A DNA stretch of 64,000 bases from an uncultured delta proteobacterium (lineage in GTDB: Bacteria > Myxococcota_A > Polyangia > Polyangiales > Polyangiaceae): NCBI GenBank assembly GCA_963806225.1, contig CAWDXG010000004.1, positions 2,368,001 through 2,432,000 on the forward strand. The letters run 5' to 3'. Every line of letters begins with the position of its first letter. The stretch's first letter is position 1. Under the pieces are notes generated by a model. That model had not been told where the DNA came from and searched no databases. It saw only the letters and a program-made list of their open reading frames with translations. This document shows positions 1 through 11,466 of this stretch, piece by piece. The position numbers and the translations under genes were made by a program.

Positions 1-1638
1 CTTCCCGTCGCCGTTCAAATCCGCCACCGACGGCGGCGCCATGCTGCCGCGGCCGTAGAGCGGCACCTTGTAGAGCTGCTTGCCCGCATCGTCCAGGATG
101 ATGAGGTTCGCCGGCGTGTCCGGCTTGCCCGGCGAACCCGACGAGTACGTGTTGAAGATGATCTCAGGTGCCCCGTCGCCGTTCAGATCCACGATCAGCG
201 CCTCGCTCGCGCCGGTGTAGGGCGAGCTTGTGGTCCCGAACGTGTACGTCCACAGCAGCGTCCCATCCGAGCGGTACGCGTACATCTTGCCGTCCGAAGC
301 CGGCACCACGATCTCGCGCCCCGGCTTGCCGTCGAGGTCCGCCACCGACGGGCTCGGCTCCGTCGACACCATGTTGTTGGTGAGCGAGGGCTTCAGGGGC
401 GCGCCGGTGTTCTTCGGCGACACCCAGCCGCTCGGGCGCGTCATGTCGCTGTTCAGCACCCAGACCGTCTTGCCCTGGCTTGTCGTGCTGGTCGTGCTCT
501 CGTGGTTGCCAACCAGCACGATCTGGTGCTTGCCGCTGTTGGTGATGTCGGCGATGACCGGCGGCGAGTCGGTGAACTCGCTGCGAGAGCCGTTGCCCCA
601 GCCCTGTTCCGACAGCTTGAGGTCGTTGTACGCCTCCACGGCCGTGATCACGCGGTCGGTAAAGGCCGGTGCCGTGGGGAACGGCGTACCGTCGCCCTTG
701 AACACGCCGAAGCCGATGGCGTCGTAGGTCGAGATCACGTCGGACACGCCGTCGCCGTCCAGGTCACCGGCACCGATGTTCTGGTTGTAGCCGCCGAAGT
801 CCCAGCACGCCTCCGCGGGCGGCGGCGGGTCGCAGTTCGAGTTCACCTGCGGCCAGTTGCTGTGCATCTTGCCACTGAGCTCGTAGACGGCCGTCGTGGG
901 TCCCTTGCTGGTCTTGTTGACCAGGATCTCCATCTGTCCGTCGCCGTCGACGTCCGCGGCAGCGATGCTGCGCACCTCGTCGGTGCCGCCGAAGTGCTGC
1001 GGCCATCCGGGCAGAAGCTCGCCCTTGGAATCGTACACGGCGACGTTCACGTTCGAGCTGCTGTCGGCGTCGCTGCCCACGGCTATCTCGATGTTGCCGT
1101 CGCCCTTGAAGTCGCCCACCACCGGCGACGCCCACATGCGGCTTCCGCCGTGGTCCGGCGAGTTCGACGCGCTGTAGTTCCACGCCGTGTGCCAGAGCGG
1201 CGTGCCGTCGTTCTTCCAGGCGTACAGCACCGAGTGGCGCGCGGCGATGATGTCCGGCTTGCCGTCGCCGGTGATGTCGACCAGCGCGGGCGAGGCTAGC
1301 CAGTTCTCGTCCCAGCTCGCAGCGAGCGTCTTTTTGAGTGTCGGCTTCTGCACCGGTCCGCTCGAGCCGCCCTTCGCCGGATCGCAGGTCTTCTTCGGCG
1401 GCGCCTTGGCGCCACCGGTGCCGCCACCACCGCCGCTGCCACCCGTGCTGCCACCGCTGCCGCCGGTGCTGCCACCGCTGCCACCACCGGAGCCTCCGCT
1501 ACCGCCGCCCGCTGCGGTCCCTCCGCTTCCGCCACTGGCATTCGCACCCGAAGAGCCGCTCCCGCACGCCGGAATCGACAGCCCGAGCGCCACCGCGACC
1601 AACCCCCAACCCGCCCAACCCAAGCTCCGCGTCCGCAT
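1..1638 (-). CDS. FG-GAP/VCBS-repeat (beta-propeller) lipoprotein, runs off the window start
   Basis: Minus-strand frame from ATG at 1638: MRTRSLGW...LSIPAC lipobox, Gly-rich linker, then repeated D-x-x-G-D-G-x-x-D/E motifs (DITGDGKPD, DFKGDGNIE, DVDGDGQME, DLDGDGVSD, DLNGDGAPE). Not in the ORF track because it has no stop in the window. Confidence 0.85.
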   Translation of the reverse strand, partial: MRTRSLGWAGWGLVAVALGLSIPACGSGSSGANASGGSGGTAAGGGSGGSGGGSGGSTGGSGGSTGGSGGGGGTGGAKAPPKKTCDPAKGGSSGPVQKPTLKKTLAASWDENWLASPALVDITGDGKPDIIAARHSVLYAWKNDGTPLWHTAWNYSASNSPDHGGSRMWASPVVGDFKGDGNIEIAVGSDADSSSNVNVAVYDSKGELLPGWPQHFGGTDEVRSIAAADVDGDGQMEILVNKTSKGPTTAVYELSGKMHSNWPQVNSNCDPPPPAEACWDFGGYNQNIGAGDLDGDGVSDVISTYDAIGFGVFKGDGTPFPTAPAFTDRVITAVEAYNDLKLSEQGWGNGSRSEFTDSPPVIADITNSGKHQIVLVGNHESTTSTTSQGKTVWVLNSDMTRPSGWVSPKNTGAPLKPSLTNNMVSTEPSPSVADLDGKPGREIVVPASDGKMYAYRSDGTLLWTYTFGTTSSPYTGASEALIVDLNGDGAPEIIFNTYSSGSPGKPDTPANLIILDDAGKQLYKVPLYGRGSMAPPSVADLNGDGK

Positions 1639-1994
1639 GCGTCGATCCAGCACCCGATGAGGGGTGCCCGTCAAGGCACGTCTCCTGGCGACCGAGCGAT
1701 GCGCAACGCCAGCGTGACGTTCCACCACCGAGAAGCCCGGACGCTGGCGCCGCGCGCCGCCAACATCACAGCGCTCCCAGGCGCAGCGTCGGGCGTGGCC
1801 TTCGCGAGCGCAAGCGGCCCCCGAGGCGGAGCCACCGCGGCTCGCGCGCGTCACGAAACTGCGCCGCGTGCGGAGCCGAGGTTGGCCGCGAGCACGCGAA
1901 GGCCGCGACCGACGCGGAGCGGGACGTAGGGCGTTACGGCACGTACCCGTCGCGGAGGCGTCGTCGACACCGCCGCAGAGGCCCGCGTGGACTC

Positions 1995-2573
1995 TCAGCT
2001 GATGCCGGCTTCGCCAAGCGCCTTGTCTAGCAGCTCCTCCACGCCCAGCGCGCGTGCCCAGCGCCGCATGTAGTCGATATCCAGCCCCTGCCGCGTCCTG
2101 AGCACGCCCATCAGGTCCCCCCACTGCCGCTCGGAGATGCGCGAACCCCTCTCGAACCACTCGAGCTTCTGGACGACGATGTCCTCGGGGCTGCATACGT
2201 ACACGGCGCGTGGGGGTTCGCCCAGCTCGAGCTGCTCGCGGCGCGACATCTCCTCCAGCAGCAGCTCGCTGCGGTCGGAGACGAACAAGTCGACCTTGAA
2301 CATGGTCTCCAGATGGAGAACGTTGAACGTCGCACGCCGCCGGATCGCGTCGAGGATCATGTCCTTGTCGATGTAGAACCGCGGCGAGAGCTCCGTGACG
2401 AGCGCATCGACCTTGGACCCCGGTAGCTCGACGAGCAGATCGACGTCCTGCGTCGCACGCGGAATGCCGTGAGCGGAGCTCGCGAGCGAGCCGCCGATCA
2501 GGTAGCGCACTCCCAACTTGTCGAGCGCAGCCGTCACCTCCAGCGTGACGGCGATGGGCTCCGCGAGGCTCAT
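1995..2573 (-). CDS. Nucleotidyltransferase-fold protein (DUF6036/AbiEii/MenT-like), putative TA toxin
   Basis: Pol-beta NTase motifs LIGGSLA..HG..RATQDVD and SPEDIVVQKL; ATG overlaps the upstream gene's stop (ATGA). Confidence 0.75.
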   Translation of the reverse strand: MSLAEPIAVTLEVTAALDKLGVRYLIGGSLASSAHGIPRATQDVDLLVELPGSKVDALVTELSPRFYIDKDMILDAIRRRATFNVLHLETMFKVDLFVSDRSELLLEEMSRREQLELGEPPRAVYVCSPEDIVVQKLEWFERGSRISERQWGDLMGVLRTRQGLDIDYMRRWARALGVEELLDKALGEAGIS

Positions 2574-2824
2574 CCCTTGTGCTCTTCGGGGTCCCAGCCG
2601 AACGCGCGGGTCATCAAATCGCGACCGAGCCAGCGGGACGCCAGTCGGAGTCTCAGCTCGCGCTCGTCGATGCCAGGATGATCCTTCCGGATCCGCGCCG
2701 CCGCGAGCTGCAGCACCGCCTCGTTCATCTGCTCCACCTTCTGGAGCTTCTCCGCCGGCGACATCCTCCGATACCCTTCGATCATCATCGCTTCGATGCG
2801 GGGATCTGTGTCGGTGAGCGGCAT
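2570..2824 (-). CDS. Small helical protein, putative antitoxin (Rv0078B/MenA1-like)
   Basis: 84 aa, MSPAEKL...RIRKDHPGIDERELRLRL pattern; translationally coupled upstream of the NTase. Confidence 0.6.
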   Translation of the reverse strand: MPLTDTDPRIEAMMIEGYRRMSPAEKLQKVEQMNEAVLQLAAARIRKDHPGIDERELRLRLASRWLGRDLMTRAFGWDPEEHKG

Positions 2825-2897
2825 GGCCGGAGCACAGTATAGCGCCGTGCACAGGACGGGAGCGCGGTTCCGCGCCGGACCGGCAAAATGAGAAGAG

Positions 2898-5234
<2,337 letters not shown>

Positions 5235-5367
5235 GAGAGGACTTCAATCAAACCCAGAGCGATCTGTCGATCCAAGAAAGCTGCACGCGCTTCGATTTTT
5301 TCCATTGGGGTCCATTGCCCCCAAGCACCCCGGACTCCCAGCGACGCGGGCAAGGACGGAGGCTAGC

Positions 5368-5781
5368 TCACGCTCGCCGGAACTTGCAGCGCGGGCAGCG
5401 CGCGCCCGACGCGCTCACGACCAGCGACATGAACGTGCAGGTCGGGCACTTCTCGATCGCCGTGAACTCCGAGGAGAAGCCGCACTTGTCGCAGGCGCCG
5501 GTGTCCGGCGTACCGGCGACGTACTTCCACGCGGCGCCGCACTTCGGGCAGGTGCTCTTCAGCGCGGTGTCGGCCTGGGCCTGGGCGGCGGTGGCGGCGG
5601 CACGCGCCTCGACTTCCTTCGCCTCGCGCTCCGTCGCTGCGGCTGCCTCGGCTGCGCGCTTCTGGTTGTCCTCGATTTCCTTCCGGGCGGCGTCGCGGCA
5701 ACCGTACGAACAGTAGATGCCGTCGATCGGCTTCTTGAACATGCCGATCTTCTGGTCACACTGCGCGCACACCTTGGCCAT
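5368..5781 (-). CDS. Multi-zinc-ribbon protein with coiled-coil linker
   Basis: ATG at 5781 after GAGG; CxxC pairs CAQC, CPKC, CDKC, CPTC, CPRC plus CSYGC; Ala/Glu-rich helix. Confidence 0.7.
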   Translation of the reverse strand: MAKVCAQCDQKIGMFKKPIDGIYCSYGCRDAARKEIEDNQKRAAEAAAATEREAKEVEARAAATAAQAQADTALKSTCPKCGAAWKYVAGTPDTGACDKCGFSSEFTAIEKCPTCTFMSLVVSASGARCPRCKFRRA

Positions 5782-5928
5782 AGCGCCCTCGGGGTACCAC
5801 CGCGGTCGGCTGCTTGGAAGCGACGCCCCGCCAGGGGGCGCGACTTTTCGCACCCGCGCGCGACAGCGCTGTCACGGCAGGCCCGCTACGGCGGCGCCCT
5901 CCCCTTGGGTTTTCCGGAGGAATACCCG

Positions 5929-5944
5929 CGGCACGCCGATTGCT
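5929..5944 (+). promoter_or_regulatory. Candidate sigma54 (-24/-12) promoter
   Basis: CGGCACGCCGATTGCT fits YGGCACG-N4-TTGCW, 13 nt before the ATG at 5958. Confidence 0.65.
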
Positions 5945-5957
5945 CGCGCAACGGCCC

Positions 5958-6386
5958 ATGCACAGGATCCGCGCTTTTCGCATCGCGCTCGCCGCCGCCC
6001 TGCTCGCCCTCGGCTGCGGCTCCAGCAGCTCGAAAACCGGCGGAAGCGGCGGAAGCGCCGGCGCGGGCACCGGGGGCGGCACCGTGACCTGCGCTCCAAA
6101 CCTCGCCTGCGCGGGCGGCGATCAGTGCTGCATCCCGCTCTCCACCTCCGTCCAGCCGAGCTGCGCTGCCGACTGCCCTTCAGGAACGTCGCCGGCCTCG
6201 TGCGACGGCCCCGAGGACTGCGGCGGCGGCCCGTGTTGCGGCAACGTGGCGCACGGCTACAAGTGCGCCGTCGGCGACGCCTGCAGCCCCGGCGAGTCGC
6301 AACGCTGCCACAACCAGCTCGACTGCAACGGCGGAGCGTGCGTCTCGGCGACGTTCGGATCGACGCCGGTCGACGCCTGCCAGTAG
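5958..6386 (+). CDS. Cys-rich myxobacterial-type lipoprotein
   Basis: Signal peptide with LALGC lipobox, GGSGG linker, many Cys, CDGPEDC motif. Confidence 0.8.
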   Translation: MHRIRAFRIALAAALLALGCGSSSSKTGGSGGSAGAGTGGGTVTCAPNLACAGGDQCCIPLSTSVQPSCAADCPSGTSPASCDGPEDCGGGPCCGNVAHGYKCAVGDACSPGESQRCHNQLDCNGGACVSATFGSTPVDACQ

Positions 6387-6558
6387 AACGTTCGGCGATA
6401 TCGGCATCGCAAGTACCCGACGACCGGCCGCGCACGGTACGTCGCTTTGGCGCAGCGCATCGTAGTCGCGATTACATGAGGAGAGATCCAATTCGGTATC
6501 GCCCTTGTGCGCTCTCCGCCCCTGATGATAGTGTCGCCTTTTCGTCAGGAGGGGCTCG

Positions 6559-8066
6559 ATGCAACGGGCGACTGTAGTTCTGTGTGTGTGTGTGTGTTGG
6601 CGGGTTGCCGGCCCGACCCAACGCTGACTCTCACCGGTGACATCACACCCCACGCACCGAGCAACGCGCCCGAGATCGAAACGACCGCGCTGAGTGGTTC
6701 GCAAGCGCGCGCTCGCTGTGGGTTACCACCAGGCAAGTCCGAGGTGTTCATCCAGGGCCGAGCCAACATCGTGCTGAGGAGCGAAGAAGCCAAGCTGGGC
6801 ACGAGCTTTCACGCGGCGGTGCTGCCCAATCCTACCGCGCAGGGAGTGTGCGGCCTCAACTACCACTTCGACCTCTACACGCCGTCGTACACCGATCACA
6901 ATCTGTCCCGCCTGCCCGATGGACGTTTGCTGGACGTCCAGTTGTTCAGGAAGCACGGCGTCACCCCGGACGTGGAGTACTGTCTGGGCGACCTTCCGGA
7001 AGTCCAACGCGCTGTCGTGGTGCGCGTCAGCGGCGACTGCGGCCGCACCTGGTCGGTCCGCAACGTCATCGATGCGAAGAGCATTCGCCGCCTGGGCTAT
7101 ACGTTCATCGACCGGCAGAACCTGTTCGTCGATACCGAGCAACACATGATGTATCTCTCGTTCCGGCTATCGGCCAATCTGGACGGGTCCGGCGACAACC
7201 GGCTCATCGTGATGGGAGCGCGCACCGACTTTGGCTTCAGACCGGCCTGGCGCACCGTAGCCGCCTATCGCAGCCCCGCCAGCATGTCGGTGCTCACGGC
7301 CGATCCGCACGACGGCGGTCCGAGCACCTGGCTGTTGGGTTGCGTACCCGCCCTGCGCGAGCCCGAGCTGGTCTGGTTTCCGGATCTGCCCGCGCCCCAC
7401 GACCCGGGAGCCGCGGGCGTCCCGGTCTACATCGAGGGGGCGCCAGACTGCAGAATCGTCCTTCACGCGCTGACCGCTGCGAACATCGCCAACCGGCTCC
7501 CACAGCTGAGTATCGCACCAGTGCCCGGGACGAACCGTCTGAGACTAGTCTATCCGGACGTGGTAACGCGCGGTGATTTCCAATACCAGATCGCGCATGT
7601 TGTCGACGTCCACCTGACGTACTCGTCGTTTCCAGAGGGCGTGCACGCCTATACCGACCGTGTCGAAGACATCGACGTCTCGGCCCAAGGCCGGAATGTC
7701 CTCTGGCCTGATCTCGTATGGCCGGAAGGGTTCGAGACGCGGCTGGCCGACCGCGGCGAGCAGGTCATGACCTGGGTGGAGATACCCCGGGACTCGCTGG
7801 TTCCACCCTTCGAGCTGCAACGCGTGCGGGTGCGCATGTGGCTCCCCGGAGTGTGGTGGGACTTCGGCTACGTCCGGAGCTCGATCATCGACCCGAGCAA
7901 GCTCCACACAACGGCCAAGGGGGACAATTTCTTCGGCGACTACCGCTACGGCACCTTCATCGGTGACTCGAACGGCACCGCGAGCTATTTTGCCCCCTGG
8001 GCCGAAACCCGACGGTCCGTGCCGAATGAGAACGCGGAAATCCACGGCGCTCTGGTGAAGCGATGA
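6559..8066 (+). pseudogene. Asp-box (BNR/sialidase-like) lipoprotein, frameshifted at a (TG)8 tract in the signal peptide
   Basis: AGGAGG at 6547-6552 and ATG at 6559. The long frame contains the LAGC lipobox (6597-6608) and SGDCGRTWS Asp-box, but the ATG is 2 nt out of frame with it. Confidence 0.65.
6581..6596 (+). repeat. (TG)8 dinucleotide simple sequence repeat
   Basis: tgtgtgtgtgtgtgtg read directly; I saw no comparable tract elsewhere in the window. Confidence 0.95.
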
Positions 8067-8485
8067 AGACGTACGGCGTCTGGCTATCGGCGATCCTTCT
8101 GCTCGCCAGCTGCGGCGGCGTAGCCGTCAGCGGTCCGGCGGACGGCAGCGCTGGCGCTGGCGGAGCTTCCGGTACCGCTGGCCAAGCGGGCAGCGGAGGC
8201 AGCTCCGGCGCCGGTGGCAGCGCATGCATGGCGCTATTTGGCATGTGCAACACATCTTCCGCGTGCTGTTCGGGCTACTGCGCTTCGCACAAGTGCATCA
8301 ACTGCAACGCCATTGGCGACGCATGTGGGCCCGAGGGAGGCTACTGCTGCTCCGGTGTGTGCGGACAGCAGGGGACCTGTGAGTGCGTGCTCAGCGGTCT
8401 CGACGTGATCGGCTTCGGCCCCCAGGGCGAGGAGTGGAAGATCTGCTGCTCGAAGAAGATCGACAAGCACGGCCGATGCCTTTGA
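8063..8485 (+). CDS. Cys-rich lipoprotein
   Basis: LLASC lipobox, Gly/Ala linker, repeated C..CCSG.C motifs; ATGA-coupled to the upstream gene. Confidence 0.75.
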   Translation: MKTYGVWLSAILLLASCGGVAVSGPADGSAGAGGASGTAGQAGSGGSSGAGGSACMALFGMCNTSSACCSGYCASHKCINCNAIGDACGPEGGYCCSGVCGQQGTCECVLSGLDVIGFGPQGEEWKICCSKKIDKHGRCL

Positions 8486-8540
8486 GCGCGGTCGGCGCCC
8501 ACGTCGACGAACCGGCACCAGCGCGCTACGGCCAGCCCCG

Positions 8541-9251
8541 CTACCCCACCTCTGCCGCCCGCGGCATGGCGTCGCGGCGGCCGGCGATCTGGGCGAGCCA
8601 GTCGCCGAGGCCCTCGCCGGTGGTCGCGGAAACGGGGATCATCAGCGGCGACGGCATCACGCGGGCCAGGGCGTCCTCGATGGCGGCGATCGACACGCCG
8701 GGCAACGCCGGTAGCAGGTCGATCTTGCTGAGCACGACAACGTCCGCGTTCTTGAACATGACCGGATACTTCAGCGGTTTGTCCTCGCCCTCGGTCACCG
8801 AGAGCACCACCACGTCGAGGTGCTCGCCGAGATCGTAGATGGCCGGGCAGACGAGGTTGCCCACGTTCTCGATGAAGAAGTAGTCCGACTCCTGCCACGG
8901 CAGGCCGTGCAGGGCGTGATGGACCATCTGCGCGTCGAGGTGGCAGGCCGAGCCGGTCGTGATCGATGCCGAGACAATGCCTTCGCGTCGCAGCCGCTCG
9001 GCGTCGTTGTCGGTCGCCAGGTCGCCGCTCACCGCGCACAGCCGGAAGCGCCCGCCGAGCGCTTTCGCGGTCGCCTCGAGCAGCGCGGTCTTGCCCGAGC
9101 CCGGCGAGCCCATCAGGTTGATGGCCAGCACGCCCGCCTCGTCGAAGTGTTCGCGGTTGTGCCGCGCACGGGCGTCGTTCCCGGACAGGATGCGGTCGTG
9201 GACCTCGACCGGAACCAGCTCGCTGTCCCCGCAACCACACGTCTCACACAT
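8541..9251 (-). CDS. hypB: Hydrogenase nickel incorporation GTPase HypB
   Basis: N-terminal MCETCGC, GSPGSGKT, CHLDA, ENVGNLVCP, EGEDKPLKYP. Confidence 0.97.
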   Translation of the reverse strand: MCETCGCGDSELVPVEVHDRILSGNDARARHNREHFDEAGVLAINLMGSPGSGKTALLEATAKALGGRFRLCAVSGDLATDNDAERLRREGIVSASITTGSACHLDAQMVHHALHGLPWQESDYFFIENVGNLVCPAIYDLGEHLDVVVLSVTEGEDKPLKYPVMFKNADVVVLSKIDLLPALPGVSIAAIEDALARVMPSPLMIPVSATTGEGLGDWLAQIAGRRDAMPRAAEVG

Positions 9252-9591
9252 GTCCGACCTCCATCTCGATGCGTTCCAGCACGATCTCGTCTCCCTCCGC
9301 GAGTGCCGCCGGCGTATTGCAGTCGGCACAACGGAGTACTGCTCCGGCTTCCACCGGGCGACCGCAGCGCGGGCACTCCCAGCGCGCGGGCACGCGGGTG
9401 AGGTTCAGCGCGGCCGCGTCGCAGATGGTGCGCGCGCGGAAGGTGTCGTACGCGGTCTCGAGCAGCTCCATCTCCACTCCGGACAGCTCGCCGATGCGGA
9501 CCCAGAGTGCCGTCACGGCGGTTGCGCCGCGCTGCTCGGCTTCGGTCTGCACGCGCTGGATGAGCGAGCCGACGATGGAGTACTCGTGCAT
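9244..9591 (-). CDS. hypA: Hydrogenase maturation nickel metallochaperone HypA
   Basis: MHEYSI start, IGELSGVE, CPRC...CADC zinc site. Confidence 0.95.
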   Translation of the reverse strand: MHEYSIVGSLIQRVQTEAEQRGATAVTALWVRIGELSGVEMELLETAYDTFRARTICDAAALNLTRVPARWECPRCGRPVEAGAVLRCADCNTPAALAEGDEIVLERIEMEVGHV

Positions 9592-10433
9592 CAGCGCCCT
9601 CCGAAGCGCGGCAAGCGCTTCTCGAAGAAGGCGCTGATGCCTTCGGCGAAGTCGGCGCTGTCGGCGCTGCGCGCGAGCTCGTCGATCTCGCGGTCGAGGT
9701 GGTAGTCGAGGCGATCCACACCGGCCGACTCGTTCATCAGGCGCTTGGCCGCCGCGTAGGCCGCGGTGGGACCCGCGGCGAGGCCCCGGCACAGTTCCGC
9801 GGTGTCGTCGGCGTACGTGGCATCGGGGAACACGACGCTCACCAATCCAAGATCGTGGGCGCGACGCGCGTCGAGCCGCGGCCCCAGCAGCACGAAGTCC
9901 GACGCGCGTCGCAGGCCCACGAGCTTGGGAAGGAAGAACGTCGTGCTCTCGGCCCCCGAAAGCCCTGTCTTGAAATAGGCGTACTCGAAGCTCGAGCGCT
10001 CCGAGGCGACCACCAGGTCGCAGCACAGCGCCAGCCCCAGCCCGCCCGCCGCGGCAATGCCGTCGACGGACGCGATCACGGGCTTCGGCGCACGCCGGAT
10101 CTCGCTGATGGTGCTGTGCAGGTACTCGAGGATCTGCTTGAACACCTCGCCGTAGCCAGCGGGCACCTCGCGCGTCGCGGGCGAGAGATAGCCGAGGTCG
10201 TCGCGCTCGCCGCCACCGCGGATGTACTTCAGATCGGCGCCGCTGCAGAACACCCCGCCGCTGCCGCGGATCACCATCACGCGCACGGAGGTATCGCGTG
10301 AAAGCTGGAGCCCCGCCTTGCGCAGGTCGCGCGCCGTCTCAACGTCCAGCGAATTGAAGCGCTTCTGCCGCTCGATCGTGATGATGCCGACCGAATCGTC
10401 GTCGCCATCCCGCGTGACCCGGATGTGTTCCAT
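9591..10433 (-). CDS. Crotonase/enoyl-CoA hydratase-fold protein inside the hyp operon (HypX C-terminal domain-like)
   Basis: FCSGADL, PKPVIASVDG.AAAGGLGLALCCD, EGISAFFEKR motifs; 7 nt after the hypE stop, and its stop overlaps the hypA start. Confidence 0.9.
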   Translation of the reverse strand: MEHIRVTRDGDDDSVGIITIERQKRFNSLDVETARDLRKAGLQLSRDTSVRVMVIRGSGGVFCSGADLKYIRGGGERDDLGYLSPATREVPAGYGEVFKQILEYLHSTISEIRRAPKPVIASVDGIAAAGGLGLALCCDLVVASERSSFEYAYFKTGLSGAESTTFFLPKLVGLRRASDFVLLGPRLDARRAHDLGLVSVVFPDATYADDTAELCRGLAAGPTAAYAAAKRLMNESAGVDRLDYHLDREIDELARSADSADFAEGISAFFEKRLPRFGGR

Positions 10434-10440
10434 ACCTACC

Positions 10441-11466
10441 TCAACAGATGCGCGGCAGCGGCTCCCCCTCCAGCTCGGCGACCAGCCGCTTGCCGAAGCC
10501 GGTGTCGAGGATCACCGAACCCACGCGCTCCTCGATGCAGTAGCCGACGATCGCAGCGTCCCGGCCCAGCGGATGTTCGCGCAACGCCGCAAGGACTCGC
10601 TCGGCTGCTCCGGCGCGCACGCCGATCACCGCCTTGCCTTCGTTGGCGACGTGCAGCGGATCGATGCCGAGCAGATCCGCCGTGGCGCGCACGGGTTCGC
10701 TGAGCGGGATCGCCTGCTCGTCGATGACGATACCGACGCCGCTCTTCTTCGCCATCTCGTGAAGGCTGCTGGCTAGGCCGCCGCGCGTGGGGTCCTTCAT
10801 CGCGACCACCCGCTCGCGACCGGCTGCGAGCGCGAGATCCACGAGCGCACCGATCGGCGCCACGTCCGAGCGGAGCTCTCCTTCCAACCCCAGGTTGCGG
10901 CGCACACCCATCACGGCCAGGCCGTGATCGCCGATGCTGCCCGTGACCAGGATGCGGTCGCCCGGGCGGAGCCCCGAGTCCGGCACGAGGCGGTCGGCGA
11001 AGCCGACGCCCGCGGTGTTGATGATCAGCCCGTCGAGCTCGCCGCGGCCCATCACCTTGGTGTCGCCCGTGACGATGTTGACGCCCGCCTCGCGACAGGT
11101 GGCCGCCATCGAGGCCTGCACGCGCCCGAGCTCGGCGCGCGGGAAGCCTTCTTCCAGTACGACCGCGCAGGTGAGCCCGAGCACCTCCGTCGCGCCCATC
11201 ATGGCCAGGTCATTGACGGTTCCGGAGACGGCGAGCCGGCCGATATCGCCGCCCGGGAAGAACAGCGGAGAGATGACGTGCGAGTCGGTGGTGATCACGA
11301 GCCAGCGATCGCCGACGCGGATCGCCGCTCCGTCGTCCATGGCGGCAAGTCCGATACCCTCGCCGGCGTCCGAGGCGAGGCCGCGCACGAACACTTCCTC
11401 GATGAGCGTCCGCATCGCGCGACCGCCCGCGCCGTGCTTCATCCCGATGCGGTCCAGATCGTTCAT
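10441..11466 (-). CDS. hypE: Carbamoyl dehydratase HypE
   Basis: HGAGG, FFPGGDIGRLAVSGTVNDLA, DPTRGG, ANEGK, C-terminal PRIC. Confidence 0.97.
   Translation of the reverse strand: MNDLDRIGMKHGAGGRAMRTLIEEVFVRGLASDAGEGIGLAAMDDGAAIRVGDRWLVITTDSHVISPLFFPGGDIGRLAVSGTVNDLAMMGATEVLGLTCAVVLEEGFPRAELGRVQASMAATCREAGVNIVTGDTKVMGRGELDGLIINTAGVGFADRLVPDSGLRPGDRILVTGSIGDHGLAVMGVRRNLGLEGELRSDVAPIGALVDLALAAGRERVVAMKDPTRGGLASSLHEMAKKSGVGIVIDEQAIPLSEPVRATADLLGIDPLHVANEGKAVIGVRAGAAERVLAALREHPLGRDAAIVGYCIEERVGSVILDTGFGKRLVAELEGEPLPRIC

Noticed and set aside
1640..1990. GC-rich intergenic region with possible hairpins, considered as ncRNA or riboswitch
   Set aside because: No recognisable conserved RNA motif; such pairing is expected by chance at this GC content.
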